Positions 36,203 to 48,895 of a stretch of 64,000 bases of DNA are shown piece by piece; the first letter of the stretch is position 1; every line of letters begins with the position of its first letter. The position numbers and the translations under genes were made by a program. This DNA is from Moniliella sp. 'wahieum' (Eukaryota), in contig RSEE01000008.1 of assembly GCA_003971905.1 (NCBI GenBank), positions 1,054,001 to 1,118,000 on the forward strand, read 5' to 3'. The notes below the pieces were generated by a model. It worked only from the letters and a program-made list of their open reading frames with translations. It searched no databases and was not told the DNA's origin.

Positions 36203-39200
36203 ATGACCAGCTCGGCCCTCCCTCCGACGGTGCGCATCCCCATCCTGCACGCCAACGACGTGTACCGCATCCGCCAAAAAGTGTCCACTCCCGACGGCCC
36301 CAAGGAGTACTTTGCCGACCAGTTCGTCTCCGCGCGCATGCTGTGCGGGCCAAGTGGCCGCCTGCCGCGTCTGGCCAGGCGGGCGACCTGGCTGGCCTTT
36401 CTCTCTTTCTCGGGGACGTGTTCAATCCCAGTGTCGAGTCGGTCATCACGCGCGGCGAGCACATGGTCGCTCCCATGAACGCCATGCAGTGGGACTGCTC
36501 TTGTCCTGGCAACCACGATTTTGACGCTTCTGCCCCCTTCTTCCAACACCTCGTCAGCGAGACCAACTTTCCCTGGGTCTTTAGCAATGTCGTCGACACG
36601 AGCGGCACGGGCGCGCTCCAGCTCGCTCCCGAGCTGGGAACCAATGTGTCCCAAATGGATCAGACGCTGCCCTGGTGGACCTGCACCGTTCAAGGCGTCA
36701 AGGTGGGCGTCGTAGGCCTCGTTGAGCCCGATTGGATCGCAACGATCCCCTCCTGGCCTCCAGAGGTTCGTTTCCCTCCCCCTCCACATGTGCGCCGACA
36801 TCACCTGACCCTTGACCCTGGTTTCTTTAGTACGAGTACCGGGACATGATCATGGTAGCCAAGACCTACTCATCACTCCTGAGGCAGGAGCACGGCTGCG
36901 AATTGGTTATTGCCCTGACACACAGCCGTTTGCCCAATGACATCAAGCTGGCTCTGGCCACCGGATGTGTCCGGTCTTCCGAGCGTCCAACCGAGCAGCA
37001 GGGCAATGACCATCTGGACCTTATCTTGGGGGCACGATCACTTTTACTATTCTGGCAATGGCTTTGATTCCTTCACGGGAGCCGAGTTTGAGGTCCAGGG
37101 GATCCGAGGCCGACACCAACGCCATGATTCTCAAAGCGGGACCGACTTTCGTGATTTGTCAGAGGTCTGGCTCGAGGTGGGTCTGCCCGGCGCCGAGGCA
37201 GGCGCGAGCAGGGTGATCCTCAAGGCCGACGTGACCCGCTTCCAGCCCAACCCGATTGACGACCCTCGTTTTTTCCTGGTCTGGACAAGGAACTTGATGA
37301 TGTGCTGGCCAAGATCTCCAAGGCGACCGACGAGCCGATCGCGACCACCTTGACGCCGTGGGACTGTCGCTCCGAGAAGCTGCGGACCGAAGAGACAGCG
37401 ATTGGCGATTTCATTTCCGACATTTGCCTCACTGCGTACGATGAGATTTTGAACCAAAACTTTCCTGCCCGACCGCCGGGGAGGCGACAGGTGGATGTTG
37501 CGCTGCTCTGTGGCGGCGCCATTCGGTCCGACACGCTCTTCCCTCCGGGCAAGCGTTCGATCGGAGACGTACTGGAAGTCCTGCCTTTCTCGGACCCCGT
37601 CGTGGTGATCGAACTGAGTGGAGAACATTTGCTCGAGGCATTGGAAACCAGCTTGAGCAAGTATCCCGAACAAGAAGGTCGCTTCCCCGTGATTGGCGGG
37701 ATGGCCGTCAAGTGGGACTCGCGCCGCCCGGCCGGGCAAAGGGTGCTGGGCGCACGGCTGCTGGGATGGCCACTTGTTTAATGAGCCGACGCAACAGGGC
37801 CAATCGACGGCGACAGCCTACGATCTGGCCCCCCAGACCCAAGCCACCAACTTATCCGAGTTTGGGACCAAGTGGACCATCTACCACTCGGCCATGGAGT
37901 TGGGTCCGGAAATCGATCCCCAGGAAACCTACCGCGTCGTCTCGCGCGAATACATGGTTCAAGGCTTCGACGGCTTCGACGTTCTGACCAAGGGCAAAAT
38001 GCTGATTGACGATGAGAACGGCGGGCTGATGATGTCGCAGTTGGTCCGCAAGTACTTTATGGGCTGCTCGTACTTGCTACGCATGCGCACGTTGCGCGCC
38101 AAGTACCCCGACACGCCGGCGGCCAGTGCAGCTCCCAGCGCTATATCTACCCGCTGCCCTACCCCAACCACGTCCACCTCGGCCCTCACCACACCAACCC
38201 ACAGTTCCCTCTCCTCGCGTCGTCTCAGCCCGTACGCAGCCCCGATTCGTCCGCCCTGATCCGCCCTGTTCCCAAAGACGCGGAGGGTCATTTGCGTGTC
38301 CCTGATCCTTCGCCACCGCTCCAGCCTCTCGCCTCAAGATCCCACCCATTCAACCAGTCGCCGACGCTCTTGGAGCGCATCCCTCCAGAGTCTCACCCCG
38401 ACCAACTTGGTTCACACGGTTCGCGAACGCTCCCGTTCCCGCTCCCGCTCTCGCTCCCGCGAACGGCGTCCGTCGGCCCCAGCCACATCAGGCGAAGAGC
38501 TACTACTGCTTCTTCGCGCAGGTCCGCAAACTTCGAACGGGCCGCACCCCGCATCACCACCACCATCACCACCACCCCCATCCGCACCGCCCCCGTACGC
38601 CGCACCATGGCTTCCCACCACGTCGCGGGCGCGCCAAGCGTTGGAACGGTGGTTGCGTCTGGCGCCTTCGGGCGAACGATCGTCAGAGCGCCTTGCGCCT
38701 TCCGGGTCGGAAGCCACTGTGCCTACGACCTCTGCTTCTGCCTCTGCCTCTGCCTCTGCCTCTGCCTCTGCCTCAGCCTCTGCTACGCCCAACCGGTCTC
38801 GCGGCCTTCGGTCTCGGCTCTGACCGCTCCGGCGCCAGCTGGCACGCGATCGGGTCGCCCTCGGTCCGGCCCACGCCTTGGCCGAGCACGGACGCGACCT
38901 GTGGGCGCAGCTGCGCCACGCTGTTGTCGACAACTCCGCCGCGGGCCGACACGATGCGCTCTACATTGCCGATGCCGAGCTGCCCGACGATCCCAGTACG
39001 TCCTCCGATCTGCCATGCCATGTCCTATTAGAGAAAGGTGAAAAGCTGACTGAAGGCATGGGGGGTAGTTTCCAGGATGTTTTCTGTGACGAGAAAGGCC
39101 AAGGACAGTGCGAGTGGGGGTGCGGGTGCGAGTGCATCGGGGGCCGATGCCACCGCTGCGAACGCTGCGACGGGTGCCACGACGGCGTCCGAGAGCAACG

Positions 39201-39340
39201 TGCTTGCCGAGTCGGTGACGCTGGACAAGCATGCGGCGGCCGAGGTGACGGACGCGCAGACGGCGGCCGACTTGGCGGTTGTGGCGCCCTTGATGGACGG
39301 ACGGCTGGTGGATGTGGCGCGGGCCGAGCCGACGTGGTAG
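36203..39340 (+). CDS. 5'-nucleotidase-family metallophosphoesterase with 5'-nucleotidase C-terminal domain
   Basis: ILHANDVY, GDVFNPSVES, GNHDFD, IALTHSRLPND, GH/DHFY, ETAIGDFISD, GGAIRSD, EQEGRFP, GFDGF; C-terminal VVAPLMDGRLVD. Introns and frameshifts. Confidence 0.9.
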
Positions 39341-40147
39341 CTGCCGAGCGCCGGCTTCGTCGGTGCAATGCATGCGATAGGACTTTCAGACAGCCAAACA
39401 CGCCTGATTAGCTTGCACGGACCTGGTGAGAAGGGCCAAGCCACCTGTCTCAGCACTGCGACCGCCCAGGAGCAGCCAGGAGCAGCACGGGGGCAGCCAG
39501 GGGCAGCACCTGCCAGCGGCCGCAGCACGGGGGCAGCCTGGCTGCCATCGGCCGCGGGCGGGGGGCGCCCACACTGGGCGGGTGCGATGGGGCACAACCC
39601 TAGGGGGCGTGGCTCCACCCGTGCTTTGAGGACGGCAGGCGGTGCACCTATACCGCGCTTTGGGAACTCGTGGGTAGGCGGTGCGCGTTAAGCTTTGGGT
39701 CTATAGGGGCATCGTACTCGTCCAGTTCTTCTGATGCGTGGCGCGTGGAGGCCCGCAGCGCCATTCGCACCAACCTCCCCTCCTCCCCCTCCCCCCCACC
39801 TCGTGCTGGTGGCGGTTGCCGGTGCGGCTGCTGTTGCTGGGCCTGATTTTGGTGTTGGAGCTGGCCTCTCCGACGGCCTCCGTGCTTCTCCGTCCGCAGC
39901 CCCCCCCGGCGTTCGCGTGCGGTGGCTGTGTGTGTCTGCGGTCTGCGGCCTGCCGCCTGGTCTGCCGCCCTCTCCGGCCGCTGCGCCCGCGCGCTTTCTC
40001 TCTCGCGCTGGCGCGTCCCTCTTCTGTTCCCTCCTGTGTGTAGGTCTGCCGCCCCCTCCACACGCCCTCGGTGCCCGTTTCTGACCAGCCGAGCCCCCCG
40101 CCCTCAGATCCTCCATCCCCGTCCACTCGTCGTTTCCTCTGCGCTCG

Positions 40148-43100
40148 ATGCTGTCCCGCTGCACTCCGCCTCGCTGCTCTCCGCCTCGCTTCTGGTGCTC
40201 CCGCGCGGGGCCAGGCGTCGGTGCAACAGCGCGTCTCCCTCGGCGCCCAGCTGCCGCCGCTGGGCCATGTCGGCCAGCCCTATCGCTGGACGCTGGATCC
40301 CGCCACCTTTGTTGCCCCCGACGGCCAGCCCATCGCGGTCTCTGCCGCTGGTCTGCCTCCCTGGTGCGCCTTTGACCCCCAAACGCTGACCTTTGCTGGC
40401 ACTCCGACCGCACCAGCCCCCGACTCCTCCCATGTCATCATGTCTGCCGACGCCCCTACAGTCTCTCCGACTCCTTCCATCTCAAAACCCTGCAGGCGCC
40501 GGCGCCCACGCTGCACATCCCGCTCGCACAGCAGCTGCCTTCCCTAGCTGCTGCGCGGGCCTCTACCGCACATGCTCCCCGACGGCTCCCTCGGCTGCCC
40601 CTCGCGCTGGAGCTTTTCGCTCGGCTTCCAAGGTAACTCTTTGTTGTGCCCGACGACGCGACCCCGGTCTACTGGACAGCCCAGGGCGCAGACCATGCCG
40701 CGCTGCCTGCCTGGCCACTTTCCCCTCGACCTATACCTTTACAGGCGTGGCGCCCGGCACGCCCACCACGGTCAACGTGACGGTGACCGCATCCAATCTC
40801 CCGGGCTACGCGGACGTCGAGCAGCTTCAGCCTGGTTGTTGCCGAGCATGTGTTGACGCTCGCCCACCCTTTGTCTATGGCCAATGCGAGCGCTGGTATG
40901 CCCTTCAACTATACGCTCCCCCTCGCCAGTCTCGAGCTGGATGGCTTCCCCATGTCTCAACCAATCTATGATGCAGTCCCTCACGATCATCGCCAAAACC
41001 TCTGCTCTTGTGCTCACATTTGATCCGGTCACCCGTTCCTTCAACGGTATCCCTCCACTCACCAGAACCTCAGCAACCCGACCCGTTACGAGATCCCGAT
41101 CGAGTTTGCCCCCCAGTGCTCAATCTGACGACGAGCTCATCCCAACCCATCGACGTGTACCTGCCCTGCTCACGAGCACAATCTTGCCTGACGCTCACGC
41201 TATCGCAAACAATGCTTTCTCGTATACCTGTCTTCCTACTTGACCCCCGCTGCATCCGCCGCGCCGCCAGGCACAATCCAATTCGCACCGAGGGAGCACC
41301 TACGTGGCTGCGCACCAATCTATCTGATGGGCTCCACTTGGTGGGAAACGTCCCGGGGACGGACAAGGGAACAGTACCCTAACCCTTTCCGTCGCTCGCC
41401 ACGTGGCAGCCGCATTCAACTGGACCAGTACCGCCTCACTCAGGTCCTGGTCGCTCCTACTCCAACCTCTTCGTCTTCTTCACCCACATCTTTGGGTACC
41501 CCTCATCATCCTACCAAAAGTCACCTTGGTCTTGGCTTGGGGGTCGGCCTCGGCTTGGGCGTGACCCTGCTGCTCGGGCTGGCAATGTTGCTCCTTGCTG
41601 CTGGCGCCGCACGCGCAAGACAGAGGACGAGCCCCCCTCCACCATCATGGTAGACACCACTGCAGTCCCTGCTTCGGCCAGCAATGTGGCGCTCGCAAAT
41701 AGCGCGGCCGATATGGCCGGCGGCGAGGCGGACCTTGGCGCCCGGGACACCAATCAGCCGGGTAGTGTGGCTGGCACACGGCCTCGTCCTGCCCATGGCG
41801 CCCGTCTGGCCGCTTTCTTCGCTGCCCCACCCTGGTCCCGCCGCAAGGCCCCCGCAACTCCTCCCCCATTTGCTGCTGTGGCGAGAGCAACGCGTCTGTC
41901 GGAAGAGCCGCTGGAATCTCCCATGGCCTATCCATCCCGTGGTATACTCCTGCCCGCCGGTTCCTCCGTCTCGGCCACAAGCCCGGCAGGAGCCACTGGG
42001 GTGCAGCTGCCGTCCGATCCCACCTCCACCGCTGTGAGTGGCGTGGGTCGAGACAGTTCAGGGGCTAATGACGCTTCCGTCCCAGCCATGGCAGTCGGCT
42101 TGTCGTCCAGCGCGGCGAATGACATCGCCATCACCACCACCCGGATGGCCCCGTCCCCCCTCTGCCCTCGAACACTACTGGATCCGACCACGAAGCCGAA
42201 ACGGGTTTCGGTACGCGATCTAGCGATTCGGGCCAAAGTGTGCCCCGTCCTTTGCCCTTCTTTACCAACTTGCGCACCAGGAAACCGGCACCGCCATTGC
42301 CCCATACATCTGCAAAAGGGATTGGGAGCAGTACGGGGGATGGTTCGAGACCCACCATTGCAGCCAGTTCCATCCCTGGTCCCTCGGTCCCACGCCAGCC
42401 GCACCACCCTCCGCTTTCGCCCAAAGCCAGCTGGGAAACTGGCTTGTTTAGCAGCTCTACCGGCTCGGGCAGGGAACCCGCCGCGGGCTCCGGCACGGGC
42501 TCGGGCTCGGGGCCGCAAGCAGCCTTCCCTCTGGCGGAGGAGGGAATGTGCTGGTGGGCGCGGTCGGCGCAGGATCCGGACGCGGCGGCGGCGGGTCGGC
42601 ATCCCAACGCCGTGTACCCCCCTCCTCGCCGCCTCGACCGCCAACCAGCTCCTCAGCCGCCGATTCCTGGGGTCACCGACGTCACGCTCCCTCTTCTTCG
42701 CTCGCTTCGAGCATTGCCTTGGCTCCGACTCGTCCGGTCTCCGCAGCCGTCGCCAAGCTTCCGCTCCAGGTCCGGGTCCGGGTCCGGCTCGGGGCGCTTT
42801 GCGCGACTCGATCCTCATCCCCCCGCCATGTTCCGGGGGAGGGGGCACCCGGCACAGGTGGCCGCGCCCCCCGAACCTACTCCCGATGGTTCTGTCGTCG
42901 GTGGGTTGTCCAGCACGCATTCGTCCATGTTTTCCGATGCGGAGATGCGGAGGACGTTGTGGCCGGTACCGGTACCGCCGCCGTACGAACGAGCATGTTG
43001 AGCTATGCCCGATCCAGCGAGGCGGCGAGCCACCAGCTGGTCATCCTACCCGTACCGCCCATTCGTCCCGCTCCGTCTACAGCCAAGACCGGGCAGGCGT

Positions 43101-44024
43101 GCCTGCGTTGGCTCGTTTTTCAGCTTTTGGTCCTGCGTCCGTCTGGCCCTCGGGCGACGAGGGGGTGGGCTACGCATTTGCCCCGGCGTACGAAGAGCCC
43201 GCCGAAACATCGTCTCTCCGTCTCTGAACCCGGCTGAGCTCCCGCCATCCTTCGGTTCGTCCCCCTTGGCACCCTCGGGCGGTCTGTCGCCGTCGCCGTC
43301 AGACGTTGCCGATGCGCACGAACGCGAAGTTTCCCTGACGCTGGCCGCGGCCGAGGTGGTGGCGCGGGGGAGCACGCGGTTGCCCATCCAACAGGTGATC
43401 GGGTACGCGGGCGAGCGCCTGGCCGTCCCCCTTGACCTTACTTCCCCCTCCGCCGCGGGAGCGGGTCCACGAACTCCTACTCCCAACCCTCTTACTCCTA
43501 CTCCCGCTCCCACTCCCGCTCGCGCTCCTACGTCCCGCCGCGCTCCACCCGCACCGTACTACCCTGGTCCTCGACGACCCTAGCAGCCGGGACCACCTCA
43601 CCTACCCGTCCTGGCTCTCCTGGCGCACTGGGACGAGCAGGGCGGGCAGTTGAGGGGGCAAGTGCCCATGGGCCTGAGCACGACGGCGCGTATCCCGCTG
43701 GCGCTGCTGGGCGGGACCTCGCGCGCCTTGTCGCCCATCCCGTCCGTCGGCACCTTATCCGCTGCAGCGGCTGTGCGTACGCCCCCACCACCCTCGCCCG
43801 CCTCGGGCCGGTCCAGCTCCACCGCCACCACTACCCCGCGTGTGCACCAAGGCGAGCGCGTCTCCCCGCACAGTTTGGTCCCGCCTTCGTCGCCCCCGTC
43901 GCCTGCGCCTGCGCCTTCGCCCATCCCCTGGGGCCGTGAGGCAGACCTGGTCGCCCGGTTCGTACTGGAGCTGCAGCCTGCGCGGTCGGGGGGCCTGCCT
44001 CGCGCGCACCCTGCGCCGTACTGA
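40148..44024 (+). CDS. Axl2/Bud10-like type I membrane protein with dystroglycan-type cadherin-like (He_PIG) repeats
   Basis: QLPPLGHVGQPYRWTLDPATF, LPPWCAFDPQTLTFAGTP, LTFDPVTRSFNGIPP, PTWLR...LVGNVP; TM LGLGLGVGLGLGVTLLLGLAMLLL near 41525-41600. Heavily frameshifted. Confidence 0.8.
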
Positions 44025-44041
44025 GTGTCTCGTTTCGCTTC

Positions 44042-44075
44042 GGTTTGGTTTGGTTTGGTTTGGTTTGGTTTGGTT
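44042..44075. repeat. (GGTTT)n pentanucleotide microsatellite
   Basis: About 7 tandem GGTTT units just after the Axl2-like stop. Confidence 0.95.
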
Positions 44076-45889
44076 CAGTTCGTTTCACCTTCACTTTCTT
44101 GTCTTTTTCTGTGCGACGGGCGTGAGCTGCTGCGGGGCGAGCGAACCGCCCGCCGCGGAGGCAGGCGCTGCGGTGCCCTGTTGGTTGATGGTGTTGATTG
44201 TCGATTGTCAATTGTCCTCGGCCGGCACGCTCTCTCCCTACTCTTCGTCCTCCTTTCCTCTCCCCTCAACAGTAATACCTCTGTGCCACCTTCCCCCCCC
44301 CGCCCTTCCATCATGCCCCCCCCATCTACCCTCCCCGACCCTATGCCAAAAATGCACTACTAGCGATAGTGACCTACCTACCTACCTACTTCTTTGTTGT
44401 GGTACCTGGTTTCCGAGGTTTCCCTCCATACCCACCTGTTCCTCTTCGCCCTTCGTCCCTGCCTCCTTTTCCCTTCCCCCTTCTTCCGGGCTTAATTGGT
44501 TCCCTGCATAATGCACAAGAACTGGTAATCGGTAACCACCCTTGATCCGCGCGCTCCTTGGCCCGCCCATGACTTTAATTGGTGACTGGGCGACTTCGTT
44601 GTGATTTGGTTCCGACGACGCGACTCGTAATATGTGACTCGTTATTTACTGGCACCTTTTTTCTCTCCTCGTCTTGCTCTCTCCTCCTGAATAACCTCTT
44701 CGTCCGCGTCCTACTGGCAATCCCTACTATAATCTCTTCCGTCATACAACATACATGCATTACACAGACGAGGAAAGGGGGGAAAGAAGCACACATGGGG
44801 CACATGGGCCGGCACTACCGCCCCCCCCCCCAGTGTCGCAAGCCCGATAGCAAACTCACCAATAAACATAACGTAACGAATGGTATATGTTTTTTGCTGA
44901 GCCCCTCTTTTGTTCGTGCGACCAAGCGGGGGGAGTACGCCATGTACCCCCTCCTCCGTCCGAGCGGATTTTGTAGTGACTGCCAGTGGAGGCGAGGCGT
45001 GGCGAGTTCGCCGGACGTTGTGCCCATAGTAATACTAGCTTGACGCAGTGACGTGACGACGGTCTAGTACGAGCCACGGCAGGGCCATCGATTCTGACAC
45101 CCCGACGGCCCTCAGATCTCACTCTCCCTGCAATGGCGATACGGGATGTACGCGGGTGCGGCGACGGCTTCGGTCCTCCTTGAAGCAGTTTCTGTACTTT
45201 TCCATCGCCCTCCCGTCTACGAAAATCGGACCGTCGTAGTGTGGCGCGGGAGTCCTACGCCTTGGCCACTATCTATGACCCATGGCCGGTTCTACCTCAT
45301 GCACGGGCCGTTTGTACTGGACCCTTACTTGTCCACTTTCTACGACAGTCGGTATGCCGGCATGGGTTGGGCCCGCACCGCGCCTGTAGCAATAACGTCA
45401 ACGTTCAACGTTCAACAAGGTGATGGGGTGGCGGGGGCATTCCTGCCTGGCAGGGAAGACGGGAAGGGAAGATCCCCCTTAGGGGTGTACACGCAGCAAG
45501 CAGACCGGAAGCAATCCACCCCTCACATGCATCGCACGTCCCATAGAGAGGTGGGGTGCCCGTGCGGAGCGGAGCCAAGCCACAATCACATGCCCCGACA
45601 CACTGAGGACGGGCCCCAACGCCAACATATAAGCAAAATGGAGCCCCCAGCAAGCGAGGATGAGCGCAACGGAATGCAAGGCAACACAGTCGACAGACAC
45701 AGGAGAGGGTCAAGTGGACCCGAATCATCGAGGATGAAGAAGAACACAACAAAACAGCACCTCAATGCACGTCAAAAAACGACGACTAGGCCGAATCAAA
45801 GTTGGGTCCTGACGCGCGCGACGGGGTCAGTATCTTCCAGCCGGCCTACCCCCGTCCGAGAAAGAAATCGACAGGGGCAACAGGGTACT

Positions 45890-46455
45890 TACCTCGCTTG
45901 AACCGGATCGGACCAACGACCTTGGGATCGTCGAGCCGGACGGGGCGGGTGCCCTGGACGACTTGGATCACCCCATCGCAAGCCAAAGCGAGCGCGGCGG
46001 AACGAACGACGGGCAGGGCGGCGCGCCAATAGGGTGCATGGGCCAAGGCGGCCGAGATGGCCACATGCTCCTCCCCTCGTTCTTCCTCCCCGACCCCCCG
46101 AGGCAGAAGCAGAAGGCGAACTCTCCTGCGCGCCGGACCCGGACCCGTTCCATCCCGCCCCCGATTCTGCCGAATCGAGCGCCAGCGCACCGTCCATCCC
46201 TTCCGTCTCACTTACAGTCATGGGCGCCGAGGCCGGCGTGTCTCCGCCCAAAGAGCTGCTCGAGACAAAAAGCAACTGGGCTGGGCAGAGCCAGAAGAAC
46301 CAGCGCTGTGATTGTTCGAGTTGGAAGATCCTTCTTCCCCAGACCCCGATGAGCCAGATCCGCCGCCGCCGCCTCCGCCAGAGCCGGAGCCAGAGGCAGA
46401 GCCAGAGCCGGAGCCAGAGGCAGAGCCAGAGCCGGAGCCAGAGCCAGAGCCAAGA

Positions 46456-46492
<37 letters not shown>

Positions 46493-48213
46493 CAGAACCA
46501 GAGCCAGAGTTGGACCTCGAGCCCGAGTTGGAGCCCAAGCCGGAACCCGAGCTGGAACCTGACCCGGAAGCAGAGATGGATCCGTTGGAGCGACCGTCAG
46601 GCACGTGGCTGGGGCAGAGTAGGCCAAGGAGGAGGCGTACGGCGAGGTGGAGCGAAGCGAGTGGTGATGTAGGAGAGACGTCATTAGGTTCAAGGAACGC
46701 AGGTGCTCCGGTGGGAGCTCGTGGTTGGAATCGATCGGTCGAGTCAATTGATGCAAAGCCGGGCGGGGTGCGGCGGCTTGTTGCTGAACAGCTTGGTGGT
46801 GAGATAGGTCGGCAACCAACGCGGAGCTGGCGAGCGGGTCAACCGGATGAGCGGACAGCTGTTGCTCCGTATGCCCGTTCCCGTCCACACAAGAGGCAAA
46901 GGCAGTTGAGGAGGAAGACTGGGACGGGAAGGAAGGGGTAGCTGCTTCCACTTCCCCTCTACATAGCTGACCATCCTCCTGCCCCGAACCCGAGAGTGGC
47001 GACGGATCAGTGGGATCTTCCGACTCGTGCTCCGAATCTTGGTCCGACACATTACCTGAATCCCCAGCTTCGTCCGACCGCGCCGCCGCTTCATCCGCCG
47101 CATCCGCGTCCGCACGCAGCACATCCGGCGCATACGTGGAGGCATACTCGTCCGCACTCAGAGTGGGATGGGAGGAGGCAGAAGGGTAAGCGTAGGGTGA
47201 AGAATCGTGTTGGCCGACAACAGGCACACTGTTCTCGGGTTCAACAGATGAAGAGGTGGTGCGGCTGGATGCACCGTCAATTGTAGCGCAGGGCACCGCC
47301 AACTGACCATCCACACCTGTCGTATCCGTCGCATCCGTCACATCCGTCACATCCGTCGTATCTGTCGCAGGCGGGGCAGCATGCGAGTTGGGCGCCACAT
47401 GACAACGGCGAGGATGGTGGTTAAAGGGAGTGGGGCCATGAGCGTGGGCGTTGGTGTGGACGTGGACGTGGGCATGGGAAGTAGGCTTCATGGGAGGGAC
47501 GAAGAACCCGACGATCCGCCGGAGCCTGATCCTGATCCCAAACCCGAACCCGAACCCGGGCCAACAGCAGACTCACCAGACCCAGCCGCCAAACTACTCC
47601 CGGTCGACCGGGCCCCACCCGATCCCGATCCCGATCCCGATCCCGAGCCAGTTCGAAGGGCTGGGTCGGTGCCGGCGGAGAAGGTTGGGAGTGGAGAGGC
47701 AGGTTGCTCGACGGGTCTTTTCTCCCGCTCTGTAAGGAAGGCAAGACGGGCAACGTCCGAGGGGCAGATACTGTGCCTCCTGGGTTGCGCTAACAACGTC
47801 TTGATGGCTGCCGTCACCTCCTCCTGGGACGGAAGCGAAATCTGCTCCACTGGCGGCCACGGGTACGCAGGCGGCCACGGAGCGGAGGATGGTCTTCCGG
47901 CGGGCGGGATGCCGCACGGTTGGCCACGGTATGCGATGAGGAGAGGCGAGCAGATCGGCAGGGGGGGCAGCCGAGCCGGAGTGGGCCTATACGAGCGCCC
48001 AGGCGGGTTGGTCCGACCAGCGCTGGCGGGGCAGAAGAGGGCACAGGTGTGGACCGCTGCGGTGCTGGCACGGCTGGGAAGAGTACCGGAGCGGTCGTGG
48101 GACGCCGGACGGTTGGAGGGCAGGTCGCGCAACCGGCGAGGGGGGCGGGTACGGTGGCGTTGGGGCCAGGCACCCTGGTGGAGGAGGGAGTGGTGAATTG
48201 GGCTGGTACTCAT
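45890..48213 (-). CDS. DUF3253-like winged-helix protein split by a long Gly/Ser-rich insertion
   Basis: N-half [26 protein letters not shown] (about 47737-47825); C-half [46 protein letters not shown] (about 45893-46035) followed by a GTAAGT donor, so the last exon lies further downstream. Confidence 0.65.
46376..46510. repeat. (GAGCCA)n hexamer repeat encoding (GS)n on the minus strand
   Basis: Long GAGCCA/GAGCCG run. Confidence 0.9.
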
Positions 48214-48759
48214 TGGAAAAGGACCAGGAGGACGGGGTGGGAGCGGTGGTGGGGATGGTGGCGTGGGCGTGGGCGCTGTTCGCGACAGGCGGAGCGGGAG
48301 CAGTGGCGCCAGAGACAGAGGGAGAGGAAGAGGGAGAGGCTGAGGCGTGCGGAGGCGAGAGGGCGCGAGATCGGTGGCTGCGGGTGCGCCGGTTGCGTGC
48401 ACGCGGGGGTGGGGTGGAAGAAGGGGCAGGCGGGGCGCGGGGCAGGCAGGTGGGTGCGTGGAATGGCAGAGGAAGGGTTGAGGGAGGGGGCAGGGGCGCG
48501 GGTCAGGTGTGATGAGCGGGGCGGGTGCGGAGAGGCGGAGGGCCAGTGGCGCAGCAGCTGCCCATGGAGGAAGCGATGCTGGGGCGGGGCAGCGGGGGTA
48601 GTAGGGCAGGGGAGGGAAAGGGGAAGGAATCACGCTCTCGAAGGGCAGGCGATGGGACCTGTTTCTTCCGGCACGGGGGGAGCTCCTAGAGTAGTAGGAG
48701 GGAGGGGCACAAAGTGGGGGGCAGACGGAGCACGCGACACGGTGGCAGCCGAGTGAGGC

Positions 48760-48895
48760 GGAGGGAAGGGAGGGAAGGGAGGAAGGGGAGGGAAGTGGAG
48801 GGAAGTGGAGGAAGTGGAGGAAGTGGAGGGAAGTGGAGGGAGTGGAGGGAAGTGGAGGGAAGTGGAGAAAGTGGAGAGAAGTGGAGAGAAGCGGA
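48760..48895. repeat. Polypurine (G)GGAAGTGGA tandem repeat
   Basis: About 10 imperfect 9-10-bp units. Confidence 0.9.

Noticed and set aside
41376..41386. CCCTAACCCT-type matches (also near 20707 and 56612) as a telomerase RNA template
   Set aside because: Short matches within coding or other repeat contexts, with no supporting structure visible.
45146..45901. 251-aa plus-strand ORF
   Set aside because: No recognisable domain, and it overlaps the probable 3' intron and exon of the minus-strand gene.
46312..46941. Plus-strand (EP)n ORF and alternative (SQ)n or (AL)n readings
   Set aside because: These are readings of a hexamer microsatellite; the flanking domain evidence supports the minus-strand (GS)n frame.
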